64,000 bases of DNA from Candidatus Binataceae bacterium. Its GTDB lineage: Bacteria > Desulfobacterota > Binatia > Binatales > Binataceae. Both the position numbers and the translations under genes were made by a program. The notes under the pieces were generated by a model that was given only the letters and a program-made list of their open reading frames with translations, had not been told where the DNA came from and searched no databases. This document shows, in pieces, positions 50,194-59,793 of the stretch (positions are counted from its first letter, which is position 1; each line of letters begins with the position of its first letter). The stretch is from NCBI GenBank assembly GCA_963789715.1, contig CAWBLQ010000011.1, positions 9,263 to 73,262 of the forward strand, in the 5' to 3' direction.

Positions 50194-51048
50194 TCAGGGC
50201 GCGACTTCGGCGATGCCGCCCTTGATGACGGCCTGGCCGCTGGGATTGAAAGTCTCGTAGTCGAAAACTATCCGGCCGTCGTGCTCGCCGCCGCACCAGA
50301 CTCTGGTGGTGATCGTCTGGCCGGGCAGTACGGGACGGGAGAAGCGCACGCGCAGGCGCTTGAGTCGAGTGGGGTCGCCGGCGCAGAGTCTGTCGATCGC
50401 GACCTTCGACGTAAACGCCATCGTGCAGAGGCCGTGCACGATGATGCCGGGCAGGCCCGCCATCTTTGCGATATTTTCATCGACATGGATCGGATTGCGA
50501 TCGCCGGACGCCTCTGCGTAGCGGAAGGTCTGATCCTTGTCTATGGTTTGCGCGACCGAAAAGATCGGCTCACCGCGATCGGGCTCGGCGGCGCGCGGTT
50601 CCCGCGACGCAGCGTCGCGGTTTCGAGCGCCGCGAATAAAAGCAATGAAGAGTGTTTTCTGGACGGGTTGCCCTTTCTGGTTGGCGGCGTTCAGCTCGAC
50701 GGTCACGGTCTCGCCGGTGGCCTTGGTTTCGATCGAAATGACTTTTGCGGTGGCGCTGACAACGTCGCCGGGCCGCATTGGATTTGGAAACGCCATGTCC
50801 TGCTCGCCGTGAACGAGGCGCAGCAGGTCGGCGTGCAAGTCGGGATCCATCACAGCTTTCATCACGGCGTCCCAACTGACGGTGACGCCGAACATTGGTG
50901 GCGCGACGATGCCGCCGGGGAGGCTCGCGTCGAAGAACGCCGGGTTGTCGTCGTTGTACGCGCGCGCATAGTTCTGCATCGCGGCGAGGGTGACGTTGGT
51001 CGTGACGGGAGGAAATTGGCGGCCCACGCAGGCTTTGTTCAGCGGCAT
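50194..51048 (-). CDS. MaoC-like (R)-specific enoyl-CoA hydratase / dehydratase (double hotdog)
   Basis: It has NPIHVDENIAKMAGLPGIIVHG. Confidence 0.85.
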   Translation of the reverse strand: MPLNKACVGRQFPPVTTNVTLAAMQNYARAYNDDNPAFFDASLPGGIVAPPMFGVTVSWDAVMKAVMDPDLHADLLRLVHGEQDMAFPNPMRPGDVVSATAKVISIETKATGETVTVELNAANQKGQPVQKTLFIAFIRGARNRDAASREPRAAEPDRGEPIFSVAQTIDKDQTFRYAEASGDRNPIHVDENIAKMAGLPGIIVHGLCTMAFTSKVAIDRLCAGDPTRLKRLRVRFSRPVLPGQTITTRVWCGGEHDGRIVFDYETFNPSGQAVIKGGIAEVAP

Positions 51049-51104
51049 CGATTGGCTCCGATGGATGATGCTCTCGAAGTGTTCCCCGTTTCGTTGATCG
51101 GCAA

Positions 51105-52256
51105 CTAACTTATCTCGCGGCCGCCGATGAACACCGACTTCAACTCTAGCGCCGGGCTGAGCACGATTAAATCGGCGCGCGCGCCGACCTGAATGCGGCC
51201 GCGATCGTTGGCGCCAAGGAGATTGGCGGGGTTGGTCGCGGCCATCACGGCTGCATCGCCTATGCTGACGCCGGCTTTTTCGACCATCAGGCGGACGCCG
51301 TCGAGCAGCGAGATAATGCTGCCGGCGAGCGTGCCGTCATCGAGGCGCGCAGCGCCGTCGCGAATCGTCGCGCGCGCCCGCCCGACATGTTTTTCACTGT
51401 CAGAGGTTTTTGCGAGCGCGACTTTGTCGGTTACCAGGACGATGCCGTCTTTGCCGCGGGCCGTGCATGCGAGACGGAGGATCGCGGGATGCACGTGTAC
51501 GCCGTCGGGAATGATCGCGGCGAGTGCGGGCGACGGCGCGAGCGCGGCGGCGACCACGCCGGGATCGCGATGGTTCAACGGGCGCATCGCGTTGAACAGA
51601 TGCGTGAACATGCGGGCGCCGGCGGCTATGGCGGCGTTCGCCTCGTCGAACGTCGCGTTAGTATGGCCGATGGAAACGACTACGCCGCGCGCAGTAAGGC
51701 GACGAATCGCATCGAGCCCGCCGGGCAACTCGGGCGCCAGCGTGATCAATCGAAGCGCGTCCATCGCGAGTACTCGCTCGAAGGCTTCGCCGCGCGGTTC
51801 GAGATTGAGCCTGGGATGTGCGCCGAGGCGAAGCGACGAGATGAACGGACCCTCGAGATGCATCCCGAGGATGGCGGCCGCGTCGGCGGAGTTATCGCGG
51901 CGCGAATTTTCAAAGGCACTGGCAATCGACTCGTGGACATGTGTGGTCTTTTCAATTGTCGCGGTGACGGCGGTCGGCATCCAGGCAGTGACGCCTTCAA
52001 GCGCAAGGGAGCGGCCGAGAGTGGCGAGTGCGTCTGGCGACGCGTTCATGACGTCGATGCCGTGCGAACCGTTGACCTGAAGATCGACCAGGCCGGGCAG
52101 GATGTAGTCTCGGCCGGCGTCGTCCGACGCAGGCTCGAGCGCGGTTATCCGATCGGTGAACGTGAGGCGCCCGCGAATGAGAGAGCCATCGGGCCGGGCG
52201 ATACAGCCCGACAGTTTGCCGCCGCGCGGATTCGCCGATGTCGGCCCGGCGGTCAA
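51105..52256 (-). CDS. nagA: N-acetylglucosamine-6-phosphate deacetylase
   Basis: It has LPGLVDLQVNG and the amidohydrolase metal ligands. I chose the TTG start at 52256, which overlaps the TGA of the upstream small ORF (ttgA). The longer 424-aa reading overlaps that ORF. Confidence 0.75.
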   Translation of the reverse strand: MTAGPTSANPRGGKLSGCIARPDGSLIRGRLTFTDRITALEPASDDAGRDYILPGLVDLQVNGSHGIDVMNASPDALATLGRSLALEGVTAWMPTAVTATIEKTTHVHESIASAFENSRRDNSADAAAILGMHLEGPFISSLRLGAHPRLNLEPRGEAFERVLAMDALRLITLAPELPGGLDAIRRLTARGVVVSIGHTNATFDEANAAIAAGARMFTHLFNAMRPLNHRDPGVVAAALAPSPALAAIIPDGVHVHPAILRLACTARGKDGIVLVTDKVALAKTSDSEKHVGRARATIRDGAARLDDGTLAGSIISLLDGVRLMVEKAGVSIGDAAVMAATNPANLLGANDRGRIQVGARADLIVLSPALELKSVFIGGREIS

Positions 52257-52504
52257 TTCGCGCCGAATCGCTCCGCGAGCAGACGCGAGAAGCGCGGCAG
52301 ATACACGAGGTCGAAGGTTTCTTCCTTCCCGGGAAACATCGCAACCGCGGCGCCCTTGAGCGCGAGGACGTGTTCCCATCCCAGTTCGAGCGTCATGTCA
52401 TTGTCCTGCGCGATAGTTGCGAAGGTCAGCTCGACCAGGAAGCGCAGCCGGCGGATCATTTTGTTCTCATGCTCGATTTTCGATGCACGGTCGTCGTCGG
52501 CCAT
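52253..52504 (-). CDS. 83-aa hypothetical protein translationally coupled to nagA
   Basis: GGAGAA precedes the ATG at 52504. The composition is protein-like (MADDDRASKIEHENKMIRRLRFLVELTF...). No homology recognised. Confidence 0.5.
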   Translation of the reverse strand: MADDDRASKIEHENKMIRRLRFLVELTFATIAQDNDMTLELGWEHVLALKGAAVAMFPGKEETFDLVYLPRFSRLLAERFGAN

Positions 52505-52623
52505 GAGTGGTTCTCCGTATGGGTAGTCGTGAGTCGGCATTATATCATCGAAGCGAGCAGCGATCATGGGCAAAAACGGCGGACTTGTCTCGCTTGACCG
52601 AGGATGCCAACCTCTAACGCGCC

Positions 52624-53610
52624 GTGAGCCCCGTCCGCCTCAAAAGCAGCTTCATATATCTAGCTAACGCGGTGAACGATTTGCGCGGTAATTGGTCGGT
52701 GCTGGCGGTGGTGCTGGCGCCGTTGCTGCTGGCGGCGGCTTTGTGCCTGCTACCGGACGCGTTGAATCTGCAATATCGACTAGCCGCGACCTTTGAGCCG
52801 GGATCTCAAAATATCGGCTACACGCAGGTGCAGAGCGTCGACGCTCCCGACAAACACGCGCCGCTGCAAGAGCCACAGCCGTTCTCGCCGTGGGTCACCA
52901 ATGCGCTCCACGTGATCTTCGGCCTGCTGACGCTGCTGGTGACGCTGATTACGTTGTGCTCGCTCAAGAGGATCCAGGCGGGAATCCGGGAACCGACGAT
53001 TATCGGCGAAGCGATCGAAGTTTACCGGCGGTCGATTCAGCTTGCGCCGGGGTTCATCTGGGTGACCGTCCTGCAACTCCTGGCGCCGGCGGCCGGGCTG
53101 TTCCTGTTCCAGACGACGTCAACCTACATGCCCGGCTCGGTCGGCGTGTGGGCATATATCGCGCTGGTGTTGATGATCATCGTCGGCGCGATCATCTACG
53201 CGTGGTTGTACTTCGCGCAGTTCGCGTTGATCTTCGACGGAAAGCATAGCTGGCACGCATTGCTGTTCAGCCGTGACCTGATGCGTAAGCGCTTCTTCAA
53301 AGTCGCGACGCGGATCGTGGTTTTTCTCGCGGTCTGGTCGGGATTCAACTCGTGGGCCGCGGGGGCATTTGTGGTGGTGAGCCTGCTGTTCGGCCCGGTC
53401 GGGGTGGTGACGGGTTTTCTCGGGACGACGATTTTTCTTGTCGATCTCGCCGAGATCAGTGTGAACTTTACGACCACAGCGTTCCTGGTCGCGGCGGGAC
53501 TGCGCCTCTACCAGGATTTGACGGCGTCGCAGGCTGCCAGGAGTCTCGACGCCGCAGCGCAATCCGCGGCCATGCAGGCCACCGCGCAACTGCCGGAGGC
53601 CGCGGTCTGA
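52624..53610 (+). CDS. Hypothetical polytopic membrane protein
   Basis: It has about six TM helices. No family recognised. Confidence 0.6.
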   Translation: MSPVRLKSSFIYLANAVNDLRGNWSVLAVVLAPLLLAAALCLLPDALNLQYRLAATFEPGSQNIGYTQVQSVDAPDKHAPLQEPQPFSPWVTNALHVIFGLLTLLVTLITLCSLKRIQAGIREPTIIGEAIEVYRRSIQLAPGFIWVTVLQLLAPAAGLFLFQTTSTYMPGSVGVWAYIALVLMIIVGAIIYAWLYFAQFALIFDGKHSWHALLFSRDLMRKRFFKVATRIVVFLAVWSGFNSWAAGAFVVVSLLFGPVGVVTGFLGTTIFLVDLAEISVNFTTTAFLVAAGLRLYQDLTASQAARSLDAAAQSAAMQATAQLPEAAV

Positions 53611-53634
53611 TACGGCAGCGCCGGGATTAACCGG

Positions 53635-54225
53635 TCAGTTGGAAGTTGCGGGGGCGGGGCTGGCTTGCGCGGGTTGGGCGGCGGCGGCGACGCCGAGGTC
53701 GTTGAGAATTTCGATCGCGTGGGTGGAGGGATCGACGCTCGGATAGACTTTCAGAACCTTGCCATTCTCGTCGATTACGTAGGTGATGCGCCGATCGAGG
53801 CCGAGGATCGGGATTCCGTTTGCGGCGCCGTAGGCCTTTGCGATCTTCTTGTCGGGATCCAGCAGGAGCGGGAACGGCAAACTGTTCTTGCGGATGAAAT
53901 CCTTGTGCGCTTCGGCGGAGTCGATGCTGCATCCGAGGACAACCAGGCCGGCGTTGGTGTAGCGCGAGTAGCCGTCGCGGAACGCGCACGCCTCCTTGGT
54001 GCATCCCGAGGTCTCATCCTTGGGATAAAAATAGAGGATTACCTTTTTGCCGTGGAAGTCGGCGAGCGAAACCGGAGCCTCAGTTTCGCCGGTTACCATC
54101 TGGGTGCTGAACGGCGGCGCGATCTGCCCTTCCTTGATCAATTCGGCACGTGCAGTTCGCGGGCGCAGCGCGACGCCGACGACGATGACTGCGATTGCGA
54201 TTAGTCCGACGGTGAACATTTTCAT
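53635..54225 (-). CDS. bcp: Secreted peroxiredoxin (Bcp/PrxQ-like)
   Basis: GGAGGGGAAGG precedes the ATG at 54225. It has a signal peptide and a thioredoxin fold with the peroxidatic FYPKDETSGCTKEACAFRD. Confidence 0.8.
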   Translation of the reverse strand: MKMFTVGLIAIAVIVVGVALRPRTARAELIKEGQIAPPFSTQMVTGETEAPVSLADFHGKKVILYFYPKDETSGCTKEACAFRDGYSRYTNAGLVVLGCSIDSAEAHKDFIRKNSLPFPLLLDPDKKIAKAYGAANGIPILGLDRRITYVIDENGKVLKVYPSVDPSTHAIEILNDLGVAAAAQPAQASPAPATSN

Positions 54226-54349
54226 GCGAGTCCTTCCCCTCCAGCACTTAACTGCGAACAAGGGCGGAAGGTTCCCGGGTTCAGCGGAACCCTCGTCTAC
54301 CCCGCCAGGCTCGGCTTTCCGATAAGGCGAGAAAGGGGCGACGTAAATC

Positions 54350-55207
54350 TCACCCGCGCCTGAATTTGGCCTGGCGTTCGGCTTCGAGCGCGTCAGCGAC
54401 TTCGCGCGCCGGCCGCTCGGGCATCCATCCCCTGGTGTAGTCGATGTCTTCCCAGGATCGATCGTTGGCGTCCCAGACATAGGGCAGCTCGACGATTGAT
54501 CCGGGAGCGCTGATAGCCTCGAACGCGCGCATCGCATCGGCGACGATTCGGCGCTGCAACTCGGGTTGATCGGGCGGGCCGGTCTGATGGCCGAGGGGAA
54601 AATTGACGAACACCGCGCGCGGCGGCTTCACGGATTGCGTGATGTCGAGCGCCGACGTCATCGAGAGAGTGGGAATTCCCGCTGCCTCCACCGCGCGCGC
54701 GATCAGTCCAACGGACTGATGGCAGACGGGTCATGCGGGGACCAGGAAGAAGGCGTCGGCGCGGGCGCGTTTCAACTCGTCAATGATTTGCGGTGCGAGT
54801 TCATCGCGGACTTTGCGCGCCGAGTAAATTCCGCCCATGAAGCTGAACGCGGGATCGACCAGCGCGCCGATCACGCCGGCCGCTTCAAGCTCCCGCATCC
54901 GCTGCAGCGGGAAGACGCAGTTGGCGTCGCGCTCGGCGTCGCGGGTGGGATAGCCGAAGTGCCACACGCTGAGCTCGTCGGGTCGGGCGTGAATCGGGAT
55001 GCGGCGATACGACGCGTCCTCGCGATGGAAGCGCGGCTGATCGCGATACATGATTCCGCCTGAACTGATCATGGCGATCCTGCATTCGGCGACCGGCTTG
55101 GCGAGCGGCGTGAACGGCGTCGATTCATTCTCGACCCATCGGTAGGGAGTGAAATCGCTGTAGAGATCGCGCGTGCGTGGAATGTATGCGACCGGCATGG
55201 CTTTCAC
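54350..55207 (-). CDS. GrdB/PrdB-family (glycine/sarcosine/betaine/D-proline reductase selenoprotein B-like) selenoprotein; selenocysteine at the in-frame TGA 54731..54733
   Basis: Track ORFs 54731..55207 and 54350..54691 are in the same frame, separated only by a TGA. The joined product reads ...DAFFLVPA-U-PVCHQSVGLIARAVEAAGIPTL...PRAVFVNFPLG, with a U-x-x-C motif. The flanking blocks (NCVFPL...ELEAAGVIG...FSFMGG, then U..CH.S...GIPT...PRAV) match my recollection of PrdB/GrdB. Confidence 0.7.
54702..54720 (-). promoter_or_regulatory. SECIS-like stem-loop 11 nt downstream of the in-frame UGA
   Basis: On the mRNA the sequence is UGA-cccgucugcc-AUCAGUCC-guu-GGACUGAU, an 8-bp stem starting 11 nt after the UGA. 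Confidence 0.45.
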
Positions 55208-55261
55208 TCTATCACGATCGCGAGCACGACGGCTTGCGCGCGACCGTCGCGCATATCCTTG

Positions 55262-55740
55262 TGTCGCTCATGGCGTGGCCGTCCTGGTCGCCGTAGCCGT
55301 TGGCGTTTTGGTTGCCGTTGCAGTCCTGGTCGCGGTAGCCGTTGGTGTCCTGGTTGCCGTAGCCGTCCTGGTCGCCGTAGCCGTCCTGGTCGCCGTAGCC
55401 GTAGCCGTCCTGGTTGGCGTTGCCGTCCTGGTCGCCGTAGCCGTCGCCGTCCTGGTTGGCGTTGCCGACCTGGTCGGCGTGGCGGTTGAAGTAGCAGTTG
55501 GCGTTTCCGTCCGGGTTGCGGTTGCCGTAGTAGTCGCGGTTGCGGTTGCCGTCGCGGTTGCGGTCGCCGTCACGGTTGCAGTCGCCGTCGCGGTTGCGGT
55601 CGCCGTCCGGGTTGCGGTTGCCGTCGGAGTCGCGGTCGCTGTTGCAGTTGCCGTCGCGGTCGCGGTTGCGGTCGCGGTCGCGGTTGGAGTCGCGGTTGGA
55701 GTCGCGGTTGCCGTCGCGGTCGGGGTCGGGGTCGGGAACG
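55262..55740. repeat. Cryptic simple-sequence tract with (GCN GTN)n periodicity encoding the (Thr-Ala)n and (Thr-Pro)n tail of paralog C
   Basis: It runs about 480 bp with 6-nt to 18-nt periodic units (gccgtagccgtcctggtc and the like). Confidence 0.7.
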
Positions 55741-56476
55741 GATCCACGAAGCTGCAATTGCAGACGCCTTGTCCGCTACCCAGCGCTACGACCCCGGCGC
55801 ATGTTTCTGGCAGTCCAGCGAGTTCCCCCGCATCCGGAGTAGTGGTCGAGAAATTCTGTTCGGTGACCTGAGTATTCTGTACGTGAGTCGCCCAGGCGAC
55901 CAGTGGATTGGCACTCGGAGTCAGCCTTCCATCGGAGGTGCCGCCCGCGGTCGGATCGCAGCACATGCCGGTGCTGGGGTCGCAACCTTCGTAGGCAGGA
56001 ATCTTCAGCGGGTTTGGAGGTTGAAGGGCATTTGGCGCGACCGACAGAATACGGATCGACCCGTTGCGAAGAACTTGCCCGCTGGCCAACGGGTTCTCCG
56101 CAAGATCAGGGGTGACGCTGAGCTCCAACAGACCATCGGCGGTCAGCGGGCATCCGCAGCAGGACTGCAGCGCCTGGTCGGTATCGAAGACGTAGATCAT
56201 CGCGCAAGTTTCGCCCTCTCGCAGCTCCAGGCTGGTGGCGGTTGAATTTCCCTCGAAGGGCGCCGTGATACTGACGAGACCCTGTTGAAACCCTCCGAGG
56301 TGGGCGTTGCTGAAATAGTTCTGCAACTCCGGCCCGGCCTCCTCGGACTCCGCCGCCGCCATGCGTGGCCACGCCGACGTCGCGATGGCCGCGGCCAGAA
56401 GAATCATTATGGTTGTGTTGAGAACTCTATTACGTAAATGCATTCTTGTGATCGACACCAACAGCGCTCGGTCCAT
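55268..56476 (-). CDS. Secreted Cys-rich domain protein, paralog C: conserved 8-Cys domain at the N-terminus, then a long (TA/TP/TR)n low-complexity tail
   Basis: It has a signal peptide (MHLRNRVLNTTIMILLAAAIATSAWPRMAAA) and a domain about 50% identical to paralogs A and B (ELQNYFSN...CAMIYVFDTDQALQSCCGCPLTADGLL...GSIRILS...CDPSTGMCCDP...QGVCNC). The alternative starts are GTG 56485 and ATG 56443. Confidence 0.8.
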   Translation of the reverse strand: MDRALLVSITRMHLRNRVLNTTIMILLAAAIATSAWPRMAAAESEEAGPELQNYFSNAHLGGFQQGLVSITAPFEGNSTATSLELREGETCAMIYVFDTDQALQSCCGCPLTADGLLELSVTPDLAENPLASGQVLRNGSIRILSVAPNALQPPNPLKIPAYEGCDPSTGMCCDPTAGGTSDGRLTPSANPLVAWATHVQNTQVTEQNFSTTTPDAGELAGLPETCAGVVALGSGQGVCNCSFVDPFPTPTPTATATATPTATPTATATATATATATATATATPTATATRTATATATATATVTATATATATATATTTATATRTETPTATSTATPTRSATPTRTATATATRTATPTRTATATATRTATATRTATATRTPTATATRTATATKTPTATATRTATP

Positions 56477-56918
56477 GCGCAGCACTGCTCGCTGGAATTC
56501 GCTCCCCGTCTTGCGGAAATCGGCGTATCGTTAGTCTTCCCACCGAAATGTTCAGGTGGCGTGTGGCTGCATATCATGAATACCGCTAGCTGTGTCAATC
56601 CGATCGCGTCGATCGACGCGCGAACGGCGACCAGTTAGACCATTGACTGAAAGAAGCCGGCGTGAATAACGGATTTTCAGACACTTCAAGAGATGAGTAG
56701 TTCACGCCTGAGACGGAAATGCGGGTCAAAAATGAAAATTGTGTTTAACGCCGTTCGCTGATGGGTGCTGGTGGGTCTCGCGAAGATTCGGGTCGAAATT
56801 CTGCGCGGGAATCTTGCTCACCAAACCACTCGCGCCTTTTTCAAAAGCTGATCTCGCGCATGCGGCATGTACCGATCCGATGCAGGTTTGCAAGCACCGT
56901 GGGCGGCGCCGAAGCCGG

Positions 56919-57929
56919 CTACTTGAAACGCGGCAGCACCTCGGCGCCGAATCGATCCAGCGAGCGCCGCGCCTTGGCGGGATCGAGTCCCGGCAACTGC
57001 GTCACGACGATCAGCTCCGTCATCGGAGTCGTGGCGAGTATTTCGTCGAGCCGTGCGGCGACCTCGGAGGCCGTTCCCAGCACGCTGGTGCGTCTGAGAC
57101 GGTCGGGGTCGGGGCGAATCAGCACCTTGCTCTGGTCAGCGGTGCCGGCCGCCGCGGCGAGCCATTTGCCGTAGAGCTCGGCCTGGTACATCAGCGCGTC
57201 GCGCGTGTCGCGCCACGCCTGTTCTTCGCTGTCGGCGATGTAAACCACGCGGCTGTTGACGATGCTGAAGCGCGCCGGGTCCTTGCCGGCGTCCTTGAGC
57301 GCTTCGAGGTAGATGCCAATTTCCCTGCGGCCGCCGACGCATGCGAACGACAAATCGAGCTCGGCTGCGCGCCGAATCGATTTTGCAGCGCCGGCGCCCC
57401 ACAGCAGCTCGGGATGCGGCTGACTAACGGGCCGCGGCAGCACGCGCGCGTCGCGAAACTTGAAATATTTGCCGTCGAAACTGAATCGCTCGCCGCTCCA
57501 CGCCAGTTTGAGAATCTCAATGGTCTCGAGCGTGCGGCCAAGGCGCTGCGCGCGCGGCACGCCGAAGCCCTCGAACTCCTCGGCGCGGTAGCCGAGACCA
57601 ATTCCGAGCCGGAGCCGGCCGCCCGAGACTACATCGACGAAGGCAGCATCCTCGGCAAGCTTCAGCGGATGATAAAACGGCGCCAACAGGACGTAGGTGC
57701 CGATGCTGACGCGCCTCGTGCGCGCCGCGATAGCCGCGGCCGCGGGCATCAGCGCGGGCAGGTAGCCGTCGTCGGTGAAGTGATGCTCGGTGAGCCAGAT
57801 GGAATCGAAGCTGAGCTGCTCGGCGGCCTCAACCTGCGCAAGCGATTCGCGGTAGAGATCGCGAAATGACACAGTCGAGCCTGGCGGATTGCGGAAATCG
57901 AGCTGATAGCCAACTTTCACCTTGTGCAC
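56919..57929 (-). CDS. LLM-class (luciferase-like) flavin-dependent oxidoreductase
   Basis: It has a TIM-barrel LLM pattern (SFDSIWLTEHHF...LLAPFYHPLKLAEDAAFVDVVSGGRLRLGIGLG). Confidence 0.85.
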   Translation of the reverse strand: MHKVKVGYQLDFRNPPGSTVSFRDLYRESLAQVEAAEQLSFDSIWLTEHHFTDDGYLPALMPAAAAIAARTRRVSIGTYVLLAPFYHPLKLAEDAAFVDVVSGGRLRLGIGLGYRAEEFEGFGVPRAQRLGRTLETIEILKLAWSGERFSFDGKYFKFRDARVLPRPVSQPHPELLWGAGAAKSIRRAAELDLSFACVGGRREIGIYLEALKDAGKDPARFSIVNSRVVYIADSEEQAWRDTRDALMYQAELYGKWLAAAAGTADQSKVLIRPDPDRLRRTSVLGTASEVAARLDEILATTPMTELIVVTQLPGLDPAKARRSLDRFGAEVLPRFK

Positions 57930-57959
57930 GATTCACCTCATGGCGGAAGCCGCGACGCG

Positions 57960-58739
57960 TCAGCGTGCGGCGAGACCGCCGTCGACGATCAATTCCGTGC
58001 CGGTGATGTAGGACGCGTCGTCGGAGAGGAGGAAGACGATTGCGTTTGCGATTTCCCACGGCGTGCCCTGGCGGCGCATCGGGATTCGTGGGGCGACGGC
58101 GCTCTCGCGGTCGCCGACGAGGCGGCGCACCATCGAGGAATCGATCAGGCCGGGCAGGATGGTGTTGACGCGGATGTTGTCGCGCGCGTGCGAAACCGCG
58201 GCCGAACGCGAGAGTCCCAGCAGCGCGGCCTTGGTCGCCTCGTACGAAATCTGCGAGTTACTGCGCATCGCGGCCAGCGACGAAACGTTGACTATGGCGC
58301 CGCCGCCGGCTTTCGCGATCTCAGGCACCGCGTACCGCATCATCAGGAAATGGCTGCGCAGGTTGACGGCGAGCATCGTGTCGAACTGCTCGGTGCTGGT
58401 CTTCAACAGATTGCCGCCGATCGCGATGCCGACGTTGTTCACGAGCAGATGGAGCGCGGAGAACGCGCGCGTCGCGGCTTCGACGGCGCCGCGGCATTGC
58501 GCTTCGATGCTGACGTCGGCGGCGACCGCGTCGGCACGGCCGCCTTCGTCGCGAATTGCGGCGGCGGTCTGCTGCGCGAGCTCGAGCGAGCGATCGGCGA
58601 CTATCACGGCCGCTCCTTCGCGCGCGCACATTATCGCGGTGGCGCGGCCGTTGCCGATGGAGAGCTTGTCGCCGGCTTTCGCCGGTCCGTCCGCGCCGCC
58701 GCCGACGATTAACGCTACCTTGCCCGTCAGACGAGCCAT
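57960..58739 (-). CDS. SDR family oxidoreductase
   Basis: It has GKVALIVGGG, NNVG and YEATKAAL. Confidence 0.85.
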   Translation of the reverse strand: MARLTGKVALIVGGGADGPAKAGDKLSIGNGRATAIMCAREGAAVIVADRSLELAQQTAAAIRDEGGRADAVAADVSIEAQCRGAVEAATRAFSALHLLVNNVGIAIGGNLLKTSTEQFDTMLAVNLRSHFLMMRYAVPEIAKAGGGAIVNVSSLAAMRSNSQISYEATKAALLGLSRSAAVSHARDNIRVNTILPGLIDSSMVRRLVGDRESAVAPRIPMRRQGTPWEIANAIVFLLSDDASYITGTELIVDGGLAAR

Positions 58740-58757
58740 GACTTGCCTCCTTGCTTC

Positions 58758-59759
58758 TCAGACCGCGGCAGGTCGCGCGGTTGGAAAGCGCCGGACGTAT
58801 TGCAGGAAACGCACGAGCGCGCGGTCGGCGTCGATGAGCAGGCCGTCGTGAAAGCGGATGGTCTGCATGATGGGTTCGTCTTCCTGGATCAGGCGGCGAA
58901 AGAATGCCTCGCCGATCTGGAGCCGCTGCTCACGCTCGGCGTCGTTGCCCTCGGCCTTGGGCGTCGCGGTAACCGACCATCCGTGAGTGCGGCCGTCGGG
59001 TGTCGGCGTCCCGGTCGCCATCGAGAGAATCGCCATGCCGCCCAGGCGGCCGGCCAGCGCGATCGTGTTGGTTCCGGTGACGCGGATTCGCTGGTCGAAA
59101 ACGCCGAGGTTGGGATCCTCGAAGCGCACGTCGTACTGGATGCGGTAGTCGCCGACCTCGATCGCGTCGGGATCGCATTCGATCTTGAGGCCATGCAGCA
59201 CGCGCAGATGCTGAAAGTCCATCGAGTTGGTGAAGGGCACCCACGGCTCAACCGGCAGATCGAATGCCTCCGCCGTGCGGATGTCGAGGTCGGGCTCTGC
59301 GTAGCCGACAAACTCGGGCACGTCGAACAGCGGCGTGGTCCCGTTGAATGCCCAAATCAGCCCCCACTTCTCGGCGGTCGGGAATTTGAACATCCTGGCG
59401 GCCTTGGGAATTTTCTCCGACGCGGGAATTTTCGTGCATCCGCCGTCGGGGCCATATTGCCAATGATGGAACGCGCATTGGATGTCGTTGCCGACGACTT
59501 TGCCCATGCTGAGGTCGGCGCCGAGATGACGGCAGTATGCGTTCATCACGACCGCCTGGCCGTTCTCGCCGCGATAGGCGATTGCACGGCCGTCGAGGAA
59601 GTCGCGGCCGATGACTTCGCCGGCGCCGACTTCGTCCGAGCGCGCGATCGCGTACCATGATTGATGGAATCCAGCCTGGGGTTTACCGCGGCCGCCGCCT
59701 GCGCGAGCTCTGGCGGTGCGGGCGCCGTGGGCGCGCGGTGAAGCGGTCGTGGATGCCAT
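58758..59759 (-). CDS. Rieske [2Fe-2S] domain oxygenase (KshA/aromatic ring-hydroxylating alpha-subunit-like)
   Basis: It has a Rieske CRHLG...CAFHHW motif and a C-terminal catalytic domain. Confidence 0.85.
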   Translation of the reverse strand: MASTTASPRAHGARTARARAGGGRGKPQAGFHQSWYAIARSDEVGAGEVIGRDFLDGRAIAYRGENGQAVVMNAYCRHLGADLSMGKVVGNDIQCAFHHWQYGPDGGCTKIPASEKIPKAARMFKFPTAEKWGLIWAFNGTTPLFDVPEFVGYAEPDLDIRTAEAFDLPVEPWVPFTNSMDFQHLRVLHGLKIECDPDAIEVGDYRIQYDVRFEDPNLGVFDQRIRVTGTNTIALAGRLGGMAILSMATGTPTPDGRTHGWSVTATPKAEGNDAEREQRLQIGEAFFRRLIQEDEPIMQTIRFHDGLLIDADRALVRFLQYVRRFPTARPAAV

Positions 59760-59793
59760 CGCGGGGACCTCCGATAGTCAGTGCGTGCAGCAC

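Noticed and set aside
49528-51108. 526-aa plus-strand ORF
   Set aside because: It is antisense to the PBP-like and MaoC genes.
54393-54734. 113-aa minus-strand ORF in an alternate frame across the selenoprotein junction
   Set aside because: It is a different frame of the same DNA and its composition is Arg-rich. The Sec-containing frame explains the region.
55262-55740. Possible CRISPR or other non-coding tandem array
   Set aside because: The periodic units are 6-18 nt with no spacers. They lie in frame inside paralog C, encoding a (TA/TP)n tail, so this is a coding simple-sequence tract.
56739-57869. 376-aa plus-strand ORF
   Set aside because: It is antisense to the LLM oxidoreductase gene.
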